In this document: piece after piece, positions 29,433 to 38,436 of the stretch
How the letters are laid out: each line of letters opens with the position of its first letter
Position numbering within the stretch: position 1 is the stretch's first letter
Source of the DNA: Candidatus Sumerlaeia bacterium
GTDB taxonomy: Bacteria; Sumerlaeota; Sumerlaeia; SLMS01; JANRJK01
Length of the DNA stretch: 64,000 bases
NCBI GenBank assembly: GCA_033764015.1
Contig: JANRJK010000013.1
Location: forward strand, 416,001-480,000
Reading direction: 5' to 3'
Position numbers and translations under genes: made by a program
The notes under the pieces: generated by a model
Databases searched by the model: none
The model's input: the letters and a program-made list of their open reading frames with translations, nothing else
Told to the model about the DNA's origin: nothing

Positions 29433-30725
29433 TCAGCGTGCCGTCCACGCCTTCTGCTTCCGGTAGATCGTTCCCGGACTCACCTCGAGGAGGCGGGCGG
29501 CCTCGACCACGTTTCCGTCGGTGAGGCGCTGCGCCTTCTCGATCTCGTCCTTTTCGACCTGCCAGAGTGGGCGCACGGTGCCCGCCGCCGCGAGTCCCCG
29601 CAGCCGCTCCGCCGCCGCGGCGCCCGCCGGCGCCGCCGCCGCCACGCGCTCGGGGAGCATGGCGCGCGTCACCAGGCTGCCCTCGTTGGCCCGCGCCGCG
29701 TCCGCCACGACCCGCTCCAGCTCCGCCACGTTCCCGGGCCACGCGTAGCCCGCCAGCGCCGCCTGCGCGTCGCCGTCGAAGCCGGTGAAGGAACGCTCCA
29801 ACTCCTTCGCTTGCCGCTCCAGGAAGTGCTCCGCAAGGTCCAGCACGTCCTCCGCGCGCTCCGAGAGCTTCGGCACATTCACCCGCGCCGTCTCGAACAT
29901 CAGCTTCAGTTCCTCCTCCACGGAGCCCGGGCGCAGCGGCTGGTCGAGCGCGGGGCCCGCGGTCGCCACCACCCGGAGGCGCCCGCCGTCCGGCGCTCCG
30001 CCCCGGGCGAGGTCCAGGGCCGCCTGGGCCGCGTCGCCGCGCAGCTCCTCGACGCCCTCGAGGCACAGCGTCCCGCCGGACGCGGCGGCGCCCGCTTCCG
30101 CGAGCGCCGCGGGCGTTGCGCCTTTGCACCGGACCGCGACGAAGGCCGCGTCGGGAGCGGGCCCTTCGGCGTGCAGCGACCGCGCGCACGCTTCGAGTTC
30201 CGTTCCCTCCGCGCCCGCCACCAGCACGGGCCCGCTGCCGGAGCCGACCGCGCGCAACTGCCGGTAGAGCCGCAGCATCGCCGGGGAGGAGCCCAGCAGG
30301 CCGCGGAACTTCACCCGCTCGTACTGCGACTTGTAGTCGTCCAGCTCGGCGATCATGCGGTGCCGCTCGATCGCGTTGCGGACCATCACCTTCAGGCGCT
30401 CCAGGTCGAGCGGCTTCGTCAGGAAGTCGTACGCGCCCTCGCGCATCGCCTGCACCGCGAGGTCCACGGAGCCGTGCGCGGTCATCACGACGACCGTCAC
30501 GGGGCGCCCGCGGCGGGCCACCTCGGCGAGCACCTCGAGCCCCGGCATGTCCGGCAGCCGCATGTCCAGCAGCATGATCGCGGGCGGGCGCTCGAGCAGT
30601 TCCTGCAAGGCGAGCCGCCCCGTTCCCGCGACGCGGAGCTCCGCGCCCAGCGGCTTGAGCACCGCCTGCAGGATCCGCACGAGCTGCGGGTCGTCGTCCA
30701 CGATCAACACGTTCAGTTCCGGCAT
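29433..30725 (-). CDS. NtrC/LuxO-like response regulator with a degenerate AAA+ domain (REC-AAA-HTH_8)
   Basis: IVDDD, LLDMRLPD, KP; YAWPGNVAEL; C-terminus PLWQVEK...GNV.EAA.LLEVSPGTIYRK. Confidence 0.85.
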   Translation of the reverse strand: MPELNVLIVDDDPQLVRILQAVLKPLGAELRVAGTGRLALQELLERPPAIMLLDMRLPDMPGLEVLAEVARRGRPVTVVVMTAHGSVDLAVQAMREGAYDFLTKPLDLERLKVMVRNAIERHRMIAELDDYKSQYERVKFRGLLGSSPAMLRLYRQLRAVGSGSGPVLVAGAEGTELEACARSLHAEGPAPDAAFVAVRCKGATPAALAEAGAAASGGTLCLEGVEELRGDAAQAALDLARGGAPDGGRLRVVATAGPALDQPLRPGSVEEELKLMFETARVNVPKLSERAEDVLDLAEHFLERQAKELERSFTGFDGDAQAALAGYAWPGNVAELERVVADAARANEGSLVTRAMLPERVAAAAPAGAAAAERLRGLAAAGTVRPLWQVEKDEIEKAQRLTDGNVVEAARLLEVSPGTIYRKQKAWTAR

Positions 30726-30740
30726 TGGGAGGCTCCTTGG

Positions 30741-31517
30741 CTAGAAAGCGCCCTCGCCCTTCAGGACCGCGGGCACGGTGCGGTAGATCAGGTACACGTC
30801 GTAGAAGATGTTCTGCTTCAGGATGTACTCGACATCGAGCCGCACCTGGTCGGCGAAGCCGATGTTGCTGCGGCCGCTCACCTGCCAGACGCACGTGAGG
30901 CCCGGCACCACGGCCAGTCGCTTCCACGCCTGGAGCTGGTACTGCACCACCTCGCCGGGCACGGGAGGGCGCGGGCCGACCACCGACATGTCGCCCCGCA
31001 GCACGTTGTAGAACTGCGGCAACTCGTCGATGGAGAACTTGCGGATCACGCGCCCGACCTTCGTCACCCGCGGGTCGTTCTTCATCTTGAAGATAACGCC
31101 CTGCGCCGATTCGTTCTGCGCGAGCAGCGTGGCCTTCAGCGCCTCCGCGTTGGTCACCATGGAGCGGAACTTGAAAAAGGGAAACTCGCGTCCGCCGAGC
31201 CCCACGCGGCGCTGCGTGAAGAACACCGGCCCCGCGGACTCTAACCGGATCGCCAGCGCGGTGAACAGGAACAGCGGCGCCAGCGCCAGCAGCGCGCAGG
31301 CGCTGAAGACGATGTCGAGCGCGCGCTTCATCGCGCGCCCCGGCGCCGAGTGCATGCTGAACCAGTAGAGCACCGGGTGCCGGTAGCGCAGCCGCAGCCG
31401 GTACCACTCCGGATCCACCTCTCCGGTGGCCGGATTGCAGAGTTCGTCGAACACGCGGGGCTCCAACTCGAGCGCGCCCACACCCTGGTCCAGGACCTTC
31501 GCCGACGGCTTGCTCAT
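30741..31517 (-). CDS. Priming sugar transferase (Bac_transf, polyprenyl-phosphate glycosyl-1-phosphate transferase)
   Basis: KRALDI, FKFRSM, DPRVT, DELPQ, GDMSVVGPRP, PGLT..WQVSGR. Confidence 0.93.
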   Translation of the reverse strand: MSKPSAKVLDQGVGALELEPRVFDELCNPATGEVDPEWYRLRLRYRHPVLYWFSMHSAPGRAMKRALDIVFSACALLALAPLFLFTALAIRLESAGPVFFTQRRVGLGGREFPFFKFRSMVTNAEALKATLLAQNESAQGVIFKMKNDPRVTKVGRVIRKFSIDELPQFYNVLRGDMSVVGPRPPVPGEVVQYQLQAWKRLAVVPGLTCVWQVSGRSNIGFADQVRLDVEYILKQNIFYDVYLIYRTVPAVLKGEGAF

Positions 31518-32689
31518 GCCCGTGCCCTCCGTCCCGTGTGCCCGCCGCCCGCCTGCGAGCGGATCCAGCGCCGCGCCCGCCAGAGGAAGACCGGGTTGCC
31601 GAGCACGTAGCGGCGCCACATGCGGCCCGGCTCCTGGATGATGCGGAACACCCACTCAAGGCCGGCCTGCCGCATCCAAAGCGGCGCCCGCTTGTTCTTC
31701 CCGCCGAGGAAATCGAGCAGGCCCCCCATGGACAGCACCAGCGGCACCCGGAGCCGGTGCGCGTTGCGCGCGACGAACAGCTCCTGCCGCGGCGTGCCCA
31801 TGCCGATCAGCAGCGCCATGGCGCCGCTCGCGGCGACGGCCTCGCAGAGCGCCGCTTCGTCCTCGTGGGCGAAGTAGCCGTCGCGTGTTCCCGCGATCCG
31901 CAGCGAAGGATTCGCCCGCGCGATGTTCGACTCCGCCCGCGCGAGCACCGCCGCCGTGCCGCCGAGGAGGAACACCGGCCAGCCCCGGCGGGCGAACAGC
32001 TCCGCGAGCGGCGCGAAGAGGTCGGTGCCGTTCAGGTTCTTCCGCAGCCGGCCCCCGGCCATGCGGAGGGCGATCTTCACGCCGATGCCGTCCGGCAGGA
32101 TCAGGTCCGCGGCGGCGAGCGCGCGCCGGTAGTCGGGGCGCTCCACCGCGAGGTTCAGGTTGTTCGCGTTCACGAAGGCCACGTGCGCCGGCGCCGCGGG
32201 CTCCGTCGGCGCCTCCGGGAGCGACTGCAGGATGAAGTTCGGGTGCGAGTCGACCAGCGACTCGACGGTGCGCAGCACGCGCGGCGTCTCCGAATTGTTG
32301 ACGACGATGCCGAACAGGTTGAAGTGGTCGCCGGGATCCCTGTGCGCCTCGCGTCCGTCGAGCGTGGACGCCCACAGCGCGCGCAGCAGGATCGCGAAGT
32401 CCGCCTTCGGGCCGAGCCGCCTCGCGTAGGCGCCGTCGAGCTCGGCGCGGTCCGCGTCGAGATTCATGCGCTCGCTGAGCCGGTGCTCCGAGTAGGCGCC
32501 GCCGGGCAGCGTCGAACCATCCGCGAGCGCAAGCGGGCGCGAGGGTCCCACCAGCGTGCGCCGGCCCGCCAGCACGTCGCGCGCAGCCCGTCGCCGTCCC
32601 AGCAGCGCGAGCGCCAGCGCGGACGCCGGCGAGGCCAGCCGCCCCGCCAACCGCCAGGCGCGGCCCCGGACCGGCGGGGGAGCGCTCAT
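31514..32689 (-). CDS. WecB/TagA/CpsF glycosyltransferase with an N-terminal sugar-transferase remnant
   Basis: FVNAN, ADLILPDGIG, NGTDL, GMGTPRQE, MGGLLDF, KRAP.WM...GLEW..R...EP.R.WRRY. Confidence 0.9.
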   Translation of the reverse strand: MSAPPPVRGRAWRLAGRLASPASALALALLGRRRAARDVLAGRRTLVGPSRPLALADGSTLPGGAYSEHRLSERMNLDADRAELDGAYARRLGPKADFAILLRALWASTLDGREAHRDPGDHFNLFGIVVNNSETPRVLRTVESLVDSHPNFILQSLPEAPTEPAAPAHVAFVNANNLNLAVERPDYRRALAAADLILPDGIGVKIALRMAGGRLRKNLNGTDLFAPLAELFARRGWPVFLLGGTAAVLARAESNIARANPSLRIAGTRDGYFAHEDEAALCEAVAASGAMALLIGMGTPRQELFVARNAHRLRVPLVLSMGGLLDFLGGKNKRAPLWMRQAGLEWVFRIIQEPGRMWRRYVLGNPVFLWRARRWIRSQAGGGHTGRRARA

Positions 32690-33627
32690 TGCGCCGCCTC
32701 CGACGGCGCTAGGCTGTGCGCCGCGATCACATGGTAGAGGGGGCGCGCCGAGTCCTTCGGCGCCGCGAGGATCGCAGCCAGCCGCAGTGCGTGGTGCTCG
32801 TGCGTGAGCGAGGTCGAGACCTTCGCCCCCGCCCGCGCCGCCAGCCGCGCGGCGAAGTCCGGCTCGTCCGCGAGGCGCCCCGCGAGGCGGCCCGCCTCCG
32901 CCGCGTCGCCGGGTGCGAAGAGCAGCCCCTCCGCCTCGTCCACCACGAGCGGCTCGACCGCCCACGTGCGCGCGGCCAGCAGCGGCGCGCCGCACGCCAT
33001 CGCCTGCAAGGTCTCGCGCCAACCCTCCGCGGCGTCCCGCGCCGAGCAGGCCACGACCGCGAGCGCGGCGCGCCGTAGCGCGGCGCACGCGTCCGGCGCC
33101 CCGTGGCGCGCCTCGACGATCCGTCCGAGCCTGGCGAGCCCCAGCGAATCCACGAGCGCCCTGTCCTCGCCGGCGAAGCGGAACACGACAATGTCCGTCC
33201 GGGGTTCGTCGGCGCGGGGCGTGGGGACCTCCACGGAGGGCGGGATCAGCTCGATCCGCGCGGGGGGGATCCGCAACCGCTCCTCCGCGTAGAGCCTCAG
33301 CAATGGCGACTGCACCAGCAGCCGGCGCGGCGGGGCTCCTGCGCGCGAAGGGGCCGCGCAGTCCAGCGCCCGCGTCGGCGCGGACGGGTCGGCGCAAAGC
33401 AGGCAGCGCTCCGGGCCGAGGTACTGCAACGCGGTGGCGAAGTGCTGAGGATCGCAGACCAGCGCGGGCGCGCCGGTTGCCGCGTGCCGCTCGAACGCCG
33501 CGAGCGCCTCGCCGCGCGAGCCGAACGGCTTCGGCGGCGCGCCACCGCAGACGCGGCGCGCCAACGCCGAGAGGAGCGCCTCGCTAGCTCCCGCGGGCGG
33601 CACGATGAGCGGAAGGGTACTCGTCAC
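32686..33627 (-). CDS. Divergent GT4-like glycosyltransferase
   Basis: C-terminal GT-B motif AEGWRETLQAMACGAP, GLLFAPGD; GTG start inferred from the overlap. Confidence 0.65.
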   Translation of the reverse strand: MTSTLPLIVPPAGASEALLSALARRVCGGAPPKPFGSRGEALAAFERHAATGAPALVCDPQHFATALQYLGPERCLLCADPSAPTRALDCAAPSRAGAPPRRLLVQSPLLRLYAEERLRIPPARIELIPPSVEVPTPRADEPRTDIVVFRFAGEDRALVDSLGLARLGRIVEARHGAPDACAALRRAALAVVACSARDAAEGWRETLQAMACGAPLLAARTWAVEPLVVDEAEGLLFAPGDAAEAGRLAGRLADEPDFAARLAARAGAKVSTSLTHEHHALRLAAILAAPKDSARPLYHVIAAHSLAPSEAAQ

Positions 33628-33713
33628 GGTTCGAGGCTCCAGTCGTGCGGCGCACTCTCCGCAATAATGCGATTGGAGCACGCCTCGAGGGGGTGGGCAA
33701 GGGCCGCACTCAT
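33624..33713 (-). CDS. 29-aa micro-ORF (MSAALAHPLEACSNRIIAESAPHDWSLEP), or the frameshifted 5' end of the next gene
   Basis: GGAGG SD; ATGA overlap upstream and GTGA overlap downstream. Confidence 0.4.
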   Translation of the reverse strand: MSAALAHPLEACSNRIIAESAPHDWSLEP

Positions 33714-34861
33714 CGCCGCCCGCCTCCCGCCGTCGCTTCCAGGACGTCGAGCGTCGCGGCCGCGGTCGCCGACCAGTTGAATCCCCGCGCCCGCTCCGGG
33801 CACCGGACGCGGCATGCCGCGCGCAGCTCCGCGTCGAGCAGCAGCCGCTCCAGCGCGCCGGCGATGGATTCGACGCTGGAGGGATCGAACGTGGGCGCCG
33901 CGTCGCCCGCGACCTCGGGCATGGACGAGACGTTCGAACACGCCACCGGGACACCGCACGCCATCGCCTCGATGATCGGGAGGCCGAATCCCTCGTAGAG
34001 CGACGGGAAGATGAACGCGTCGCAAGCGCGGTAGAAGTCTGGCAGGTCGGCCCCCGCCACGAAGCCCGGAAGCACGATGTCCGCGCCGTGCTTCGCCTTC
34101 GCCGCCGCGGCGCGGACCGCGTCCGAGCCGGACCAGTCGCTTCCCGCGAGGACCAGCCGGTGCGGGACTCCGCGCGCCGATTTCACGCGGTCGAAGGCCT
34201 CGATCAGCCGCACGTGGTTCTTGCCGGGATGCTCCAGCCGCGAGGTGTAGAGGATGAACGGAGGTTCGATGCGGTACTTCTCCCGGATCGAGGCGCGCGC
34301 CGCGTCGCCGTCGCCCGGATGGTAGAGCGCGTGGTCCGCCGCCAGCGGCGTCACGGTCACGCGCTCCGCGGGAATCCCCGCGTAGGCGACGATGTCCCGC
34401 TTGCTCGATTCGCTCACCGTGAGGATGTGCCCCAGGCGCCGGATGAGGAACGGCAGCACCTGGCGGATGTAGAACATGCGCGCCGGGTCGTACTTGCCGC
34501 CGACGTGCAGGCTGGAGAAGTCGTGCACGGTCCCCACGGAGGGGCACGGCAGCCGGAGCGAGGTTCGCCGGTTCGCCGCCGGAAGGAAGAACACGTCGTA
34601 GCCGCGCTCGCGGCAGAGGCCGGGCAGCGACGCCTGGTGCCACCAGATATTGCGCACCGGCGGGCGCAGCGATCCCGGGAACTCGATGGCGTCGAGCGCG
34701 CCCTCCGGGGGCAGGAACACCGAGCGCTCGTCCGCGTAGGCGAGCACCTCGATCCGGTGGCCGCGTGTGTCGCGGGCGAACTCGCGCAGCAGGCTCATGA
34801 TGTAGCGGCTGATGCCCGACTTGCCGCCGTCGCCGCCGAAGGTGCAGACGCCGATCTTCAT
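33710..34861 (-). CDS. GT4 glycosyltransferase (MtfB-like)
   Basis: SGISRY, TVHD, KNHVRL, FPSLYEGFGLPIIEAMACG. Confidence 0.92.
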   Translation of the reverse strand: MKIGVCTFGGDGGKSGISRYIMSLLREFARDTRGHRIEVLAYADERSVFLPPEGALDAIEFPGSLRPPVRNIWWHQASLPGLCRERGYDVFFLPAANRRTSLRLPCPSVGTVHDFSSLHVGGKYDPARMFYIRQVLPFLIRRLGHILTVSESSKRDIVAYAGIPAERVTVTPLAADHALYHPGDGDAARASIREKYRIEPPFILYTSRLEHPGKNHVRLIEAFDRVKSARGVPHRLVLAGSDWSGSDAVRAAAAKAKHGADIVLPGFVAGADLPDFYRACDAFIFPSLYEGFGLPIIEAMACGVPVACSNVSSMPEVAGDAAPTFDPSSVESIAGALERLLLDAELRAACRVRCPERARGFNWSATAAATLDVLEATAGGGRR

Positions 34862-36024
34862 TCCCCGCCTCCGATGCCGAGCGCCGCTTCGATCCGGTCG
34901 AGGTAGCGGTCGAACGAATACTCCCCAATTCCCCGCAGATACGCGGCCCCGCCCATCCGCGCGGCGAGCTCCTGGTCTCCCAGCACCCGCTCCAACGCCA
35001 CTGCGAACGCCCGCGCGTCGCCCACCGGGCACAGGATGCCCGTCCCGCCGTCCACGAGCCAGTCGGGGATGCCGCCGGCCGCGCACGCGACGACCGGCCT
35101 GGCGCGCCGCATCGCCTCGAGCCCGATCATCCCGAACGGCTCGGCCCAGCGCGACGGCACCGCGACCACGCGCGCCCAGTCGTAAAGCGCCTCCAACTCC
35201 GCGTTCGCGATCCAGCCGAGGAACTCCACGCGGTCCGCGAGCCCGAGCTGTGCGCACCGTTCGCGCAGGGCGGAGTCCGCGTTGCCGGTCCCCGCGATCC
35301 GCGCGCGGAACGCCGGGCCCAGCAGCGCCAGCGCGTCGAGCAGCAGATCGACGCCCTTCCCGCGGATGAGCTGGCCGACGAAGAGGACATTGGGGGCGTC
35401 GGGCGGGGGTGTCGGCGCGCTCGCCTCGCGGCGCACGACCGGCGGCACGATGCGCAGCCGGTCCGCCGGGAAGCCGTTCATCGCGAGCTCCTCGCGCATG
35501 AAGCGGCTGCCGACCAGGAACGCGTCGAGCCCGTGGTTCGCGCGCATCTCGTCGAGGTGCGCGGGCAGGTGGCGGTACGCGATCCCCGCCGCGCCGCGCT
35601 CGATGAACGCGAGGTCGAGCCAGCAGCGCCAACCCGCGGGATGCTCGCAGATCCGCCCGTTGTGCGCGAAGTACTTGTGCCGGCGCGGGCAGCACAGGTC
35701 GTGGTCGTGGATGTACCGCACCACCCGCGCCTCGCGGGCGAACGACGAACGAGCCGGGATCCGTGCGATCTTGTGCAGATAGATCGCGTCGGCGCGCAGG
35801 TCCCGGGCGATGTCCGCCAACGGCGGCCCGTTCCCCCCGAGGTCGCGGCACTCTTGGACGGACGCGAAGTTCGACGCGTAGCCGTCCGGATCGCGGTCCG
35901 TGCGCGCGCCGAACGCGAGGACGCACTCGTGGCCGCGCCCCCGGAGCCCGTGCGCGGTGTCGGCGACGTTCTGCTCGACGCCGCCGAACCAGCCGAGCCG
36001 CTCGTTAGCGAAGAGGACGCGCAC
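34858..36024 (-). CDS. GT4 glycosyltransferase
   Basis: GGVE, HDH.LCCP, GQL.RGKG, PSRWAEPFGMIGLEAM. Confidence 0.9.
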   Translation of the reverse strand: MRVLFANERLGWFGGVEQNVADTAHGLRGRGHECVLAFGARTDRDPDGYASNFASVQECRDLGGNGPPLADIARDLRADAIYLHKIARIPARSSFAREARVVRYIHDHDLCCPRRHKYFAHNGRICEHPAGWRCWLDLAFIERGAAGIAYRHLPAHLDEMRANHGLDAFLVGSRFMREELAMNGFPADRLRIVPPVVRREASAPTPPPDAPNVLFVGQLIRGKGVDLLLDALALLGPAFRARIAGTGNADSALRERCAQLGLADRVEFLGWIANAELEALYDWARVVAVPSRWAEPFGMIGLEAMRRARPVVACAAGGIPDWLVDGGTGILCPVGDARAFAVALERVLGDQELAARMGGAAYLRGIGEYSFDRYLDRIEAALGIGGGE

Positions 36025-37243
36025 GGATCGCCTCCTCGTAGATCGACGCAAGCCGCAGGTTGAGCGCGGCCCAGGAGAACTCGCCCCGGGCGCGGTTCCG
36101 TCCCGCCTCGGCCAGCGAGCGCCGGCGGCCCGCATCGCCGAGCAGCTCCACCGCCCGCGCGGCGAACTCCTCGACGTCGCCGGGTTCCACCAGCACGCCG
36201 TCCAAGCCGTCGCGAACGAACGAGGGAATGCCGCCGACGCGGCTCGCCAACACCGCAAGGCCCGCCGCCCAGGCCTCGAGGATCACGATGCCGAATGGCT
36301 CGTGCACCGAGGGCAGCACGAACAAGTCCGCCGCGTGGAAGGCGTCCGCCAACTCGCCGGAGGCCGCGTCGATGCCGGGGATCAACGTCGCCTTCTCCGC
36401 GACACCGAGCGCCCGCGCCTCCTGCAGGATCGCCGCGCGGTACGCGTCGTTCGTGACGTGGCCGACAAGGAGCAGGCGCGCGCCGGGCCGGACCGCGAGG
36501 ATGGCGGGCAGCGCGCGGACCGCCAGGAGCTGGTTCTTCTGCGGATCGATGCGCCCGACGCACAGCAGCAGCTCCGCGTCCGGCGGGATGCCTCGCGCCG
36601 CGCGGAACGCCGCGCCGTCGCCGGTGGCGAAGCGGTCCGCGTCCACGCCGTTCGGGAAGCGCTCCACGCGCCGGTCCGGGTACGCCGCCGACATGCGCGC
36701 GGTCTCCTCCACGCCGAGGCAGAGGATCGCCGCCGCGTCGTCGAACACGCGCCGCGAACCGTAGGCGAGCCCCAGCAGCCTGCCCCACTCCAGCTTGCCG
36801 CGGGTCGGCTCCGTGTAGGTGGCCTCCTCGGCGCTCGCGATGTCGAGCGCGCCGCCGTGCACGGAGACGATGTACGGGGCGCCCCGGCGGAGCGCGGCGT
36901 GCCGCACGATCCCCCCCAGCCGCTTTCCCGTGTGCAGGTGCGCCACGTCGAACGGCGCGCGGCGCAGCTCCCGCGCGATCTCCCAGGAGAACAGGTTGCC
37001 GCCCTTCTGGTCCAGCCTCCGGACCGCCTCCGCATCGAGGCCGAGCCAGGGGTAGAAGTATCCGCAGCGCCGTACCGGAACCCCGGCGACTTCGTCCGCG
37101 CCGGGCTTGTCGAGCGCGCTCGTCGTGAGGATGCGCGCGTCGTGCCCGGCCGCCCGCTGGGCGCGGCAGAGCTCGAGGATCACCGTCTCGGTCCCCCCCC
37201 AGGAGGAACGGGTGAAGCGGCGGGGCACGTGGACGATGTTCAT
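36005..37243 (-). CDS. GT4 glycosyltransferase
   Basis: GGTE, GRIDPQKNQ, PSVHEPFGIVILEAW. Confidence 0.92.
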   Translation of the reverse strand: MNIVHVPRRFTRSSWGGTETVILELCRAQRAAGHDARILTTSALDKPGADEVAGVPVRRCGYFYPWLGLDAEAVRRLDQKGGNLFSWEIARELRRAPFDVAHLHTGKRLGGIVRHAALRRGAPYIVSVHGGALDIASAEEATYTEPTRGKLEWGRLLGLAYGSRRVFDDAAAILCLGVEETARMSAAYPDRRVERFPNGVDADRFATGDGAAFRAARGIPPDAELLLCVGRIDPQKNQLLAVRALPAILAVRPGARLLLVGHVTNDAYRAAILQEARALGVAEKATLIPGIDAASGELADAFHAADLFVLPSVHEPFGIVILEAWAAGLAVLASRVGGIPSFVRDGLDGVLVEPGDVEEFAARAVELLGDAGRRRSLAEAGRNRARGEFSWAALNLRLASIYEEAIRARPLR

Positions 37244-38436
37244 TGGCCCGCGGCCCGCGCGACGAGGCGCTCGAGGTCGCCGATGTACCGTTCGATGTCG
37301 AAGTCCCGCAGCACCGTCTCGCGACCCGATGCGGCGACGCGCCGCGCCAGCTCCGCGCCGTCCGCCAGGCGGCCCAGCCGCTCCGCGAGCGCGCCGGCGT
37401 CCTCCTTCGGGAAGACGAGGGCGTTGTCGCCGTCGCGCAGGAACTCGCCCTGGCCGCCGTCGGCGGTGCTGACCACCGGCAGGCCCGAGCACATCGCCTC
37501 GAGGTGCGTGAGCCCGAACGGCTCGCGCCAGATCGAGGGGAAGACGAACACATCGTGCGCGCGGTAGAGGGCGGGAAGCTCGTGCCGCGGCAAGCGACCG
37601 GTGAATCGGAAGGCCGCGCTGGTGGCCGCCGCGGCGTTTTTCAGCTCCGCGACGTAGGCCGGATCCCCGTCGCCCGCCACCGTGACGGAGATCGAGTCCT
37701 TTCCGCGCGCGGCCGCGAAACGCCCGACGGCGTCGACCAGCGTGTGCACGCCTTTGTAACGGTTGAGCTGGCCCGTGTAGAGCACCCTCATCGGGACGCC
37801 GACGGCGCCGGGCTCGCCGCGGGGCGGGAAGTCGACCGTGCGGATGCCTTGGTACACCACCTCGACATGCGACGTGTCGAAGCCACCCTCCGCGAGGTCG
37901 TCGCGGAGCTGGCGGCTGATGGCGGCGCCGAATCGGATCGGCAGCCCCTCGAGCGTGGTGTGCCGCAGCGCCGTCGCGCACGCGAGCCAGCGAAGCCAGC
38001 TCGCCGGCCGCGGACCGGGCGGACGCAGCCGGTAGCCGAGGATGTTCGCGTCGTTGAAGGTCCAGACGGCGGGAAGCCCGGCCCCGTCCACCGCGCGCGC
38101 GGGGCCGAGCGACAGCCGCAACTGGCTCCAGAGGAACACCGCGTCGAAGCGCTCCGCAGCGAGGAGCGCGCGCGTCGCCGCCGCGTTCTCCCGCGCGGCG
38201 CGGTGCTCGTTCAGCGGCGCGTAGCAGTAGGCGCGCTCGAAGGGCACCGTGAGCCGCAGGCGGCGCAGGACGCGCGACCCCGCCACGTCGCCGTCCCCCG
38301 CCGCGCCGTGCGTGCTCGTCAGCACCGTGGCCGCGTGGCCGCGCGCGACGAAGCCGCGGCAGACCTCCTCGCAGAGCAGCTCGTAGCCGCCGAGGAAGTG
38401 CGGCGGGTAGAGGTTGCTAATGAACAGGACGCGCAT
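37240..38436 (-). CDS. GT4 glycosyltransferase
   Basis: SNLYPP..LGGYE, KGVH, PSIWREPFGLTHLEAM. Confidence 0.92.
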   Translation of the reverse strand: MRVLFISNLYPPHFLGGYELLCEEVCRGFVARGHAATVLTSTHGAAGDGDVAGSRVLRRLRLTVPFERAYCYAPLNEHRAARENAAATRALLAAERFDAVFLWSQLRLSLGPARAVDGAGLPAVWTFNDANILGYRLRPPGPRPASWLRWLACATALRHTTLEGLPIRFGAAISRQLRDDLAEGGFDTSHVEVVYQGIRTVDFPPRGEPGAVGVPMRVLYTGQLNRYKGVHTLVDAVGRFAAARGKDSISVTVAGDGDPAYVAELKNAAAATSAAFRFTGRLPRHELPALYRAHDVFVFPSIWREPFGLTHLEAMCSGLPVVSTADGGQGEFLRDGDNALVFPKEDAGALAERLGRLADGAELARRVAASGRETVLRDFDIERYIGDLERLVARAAGQ

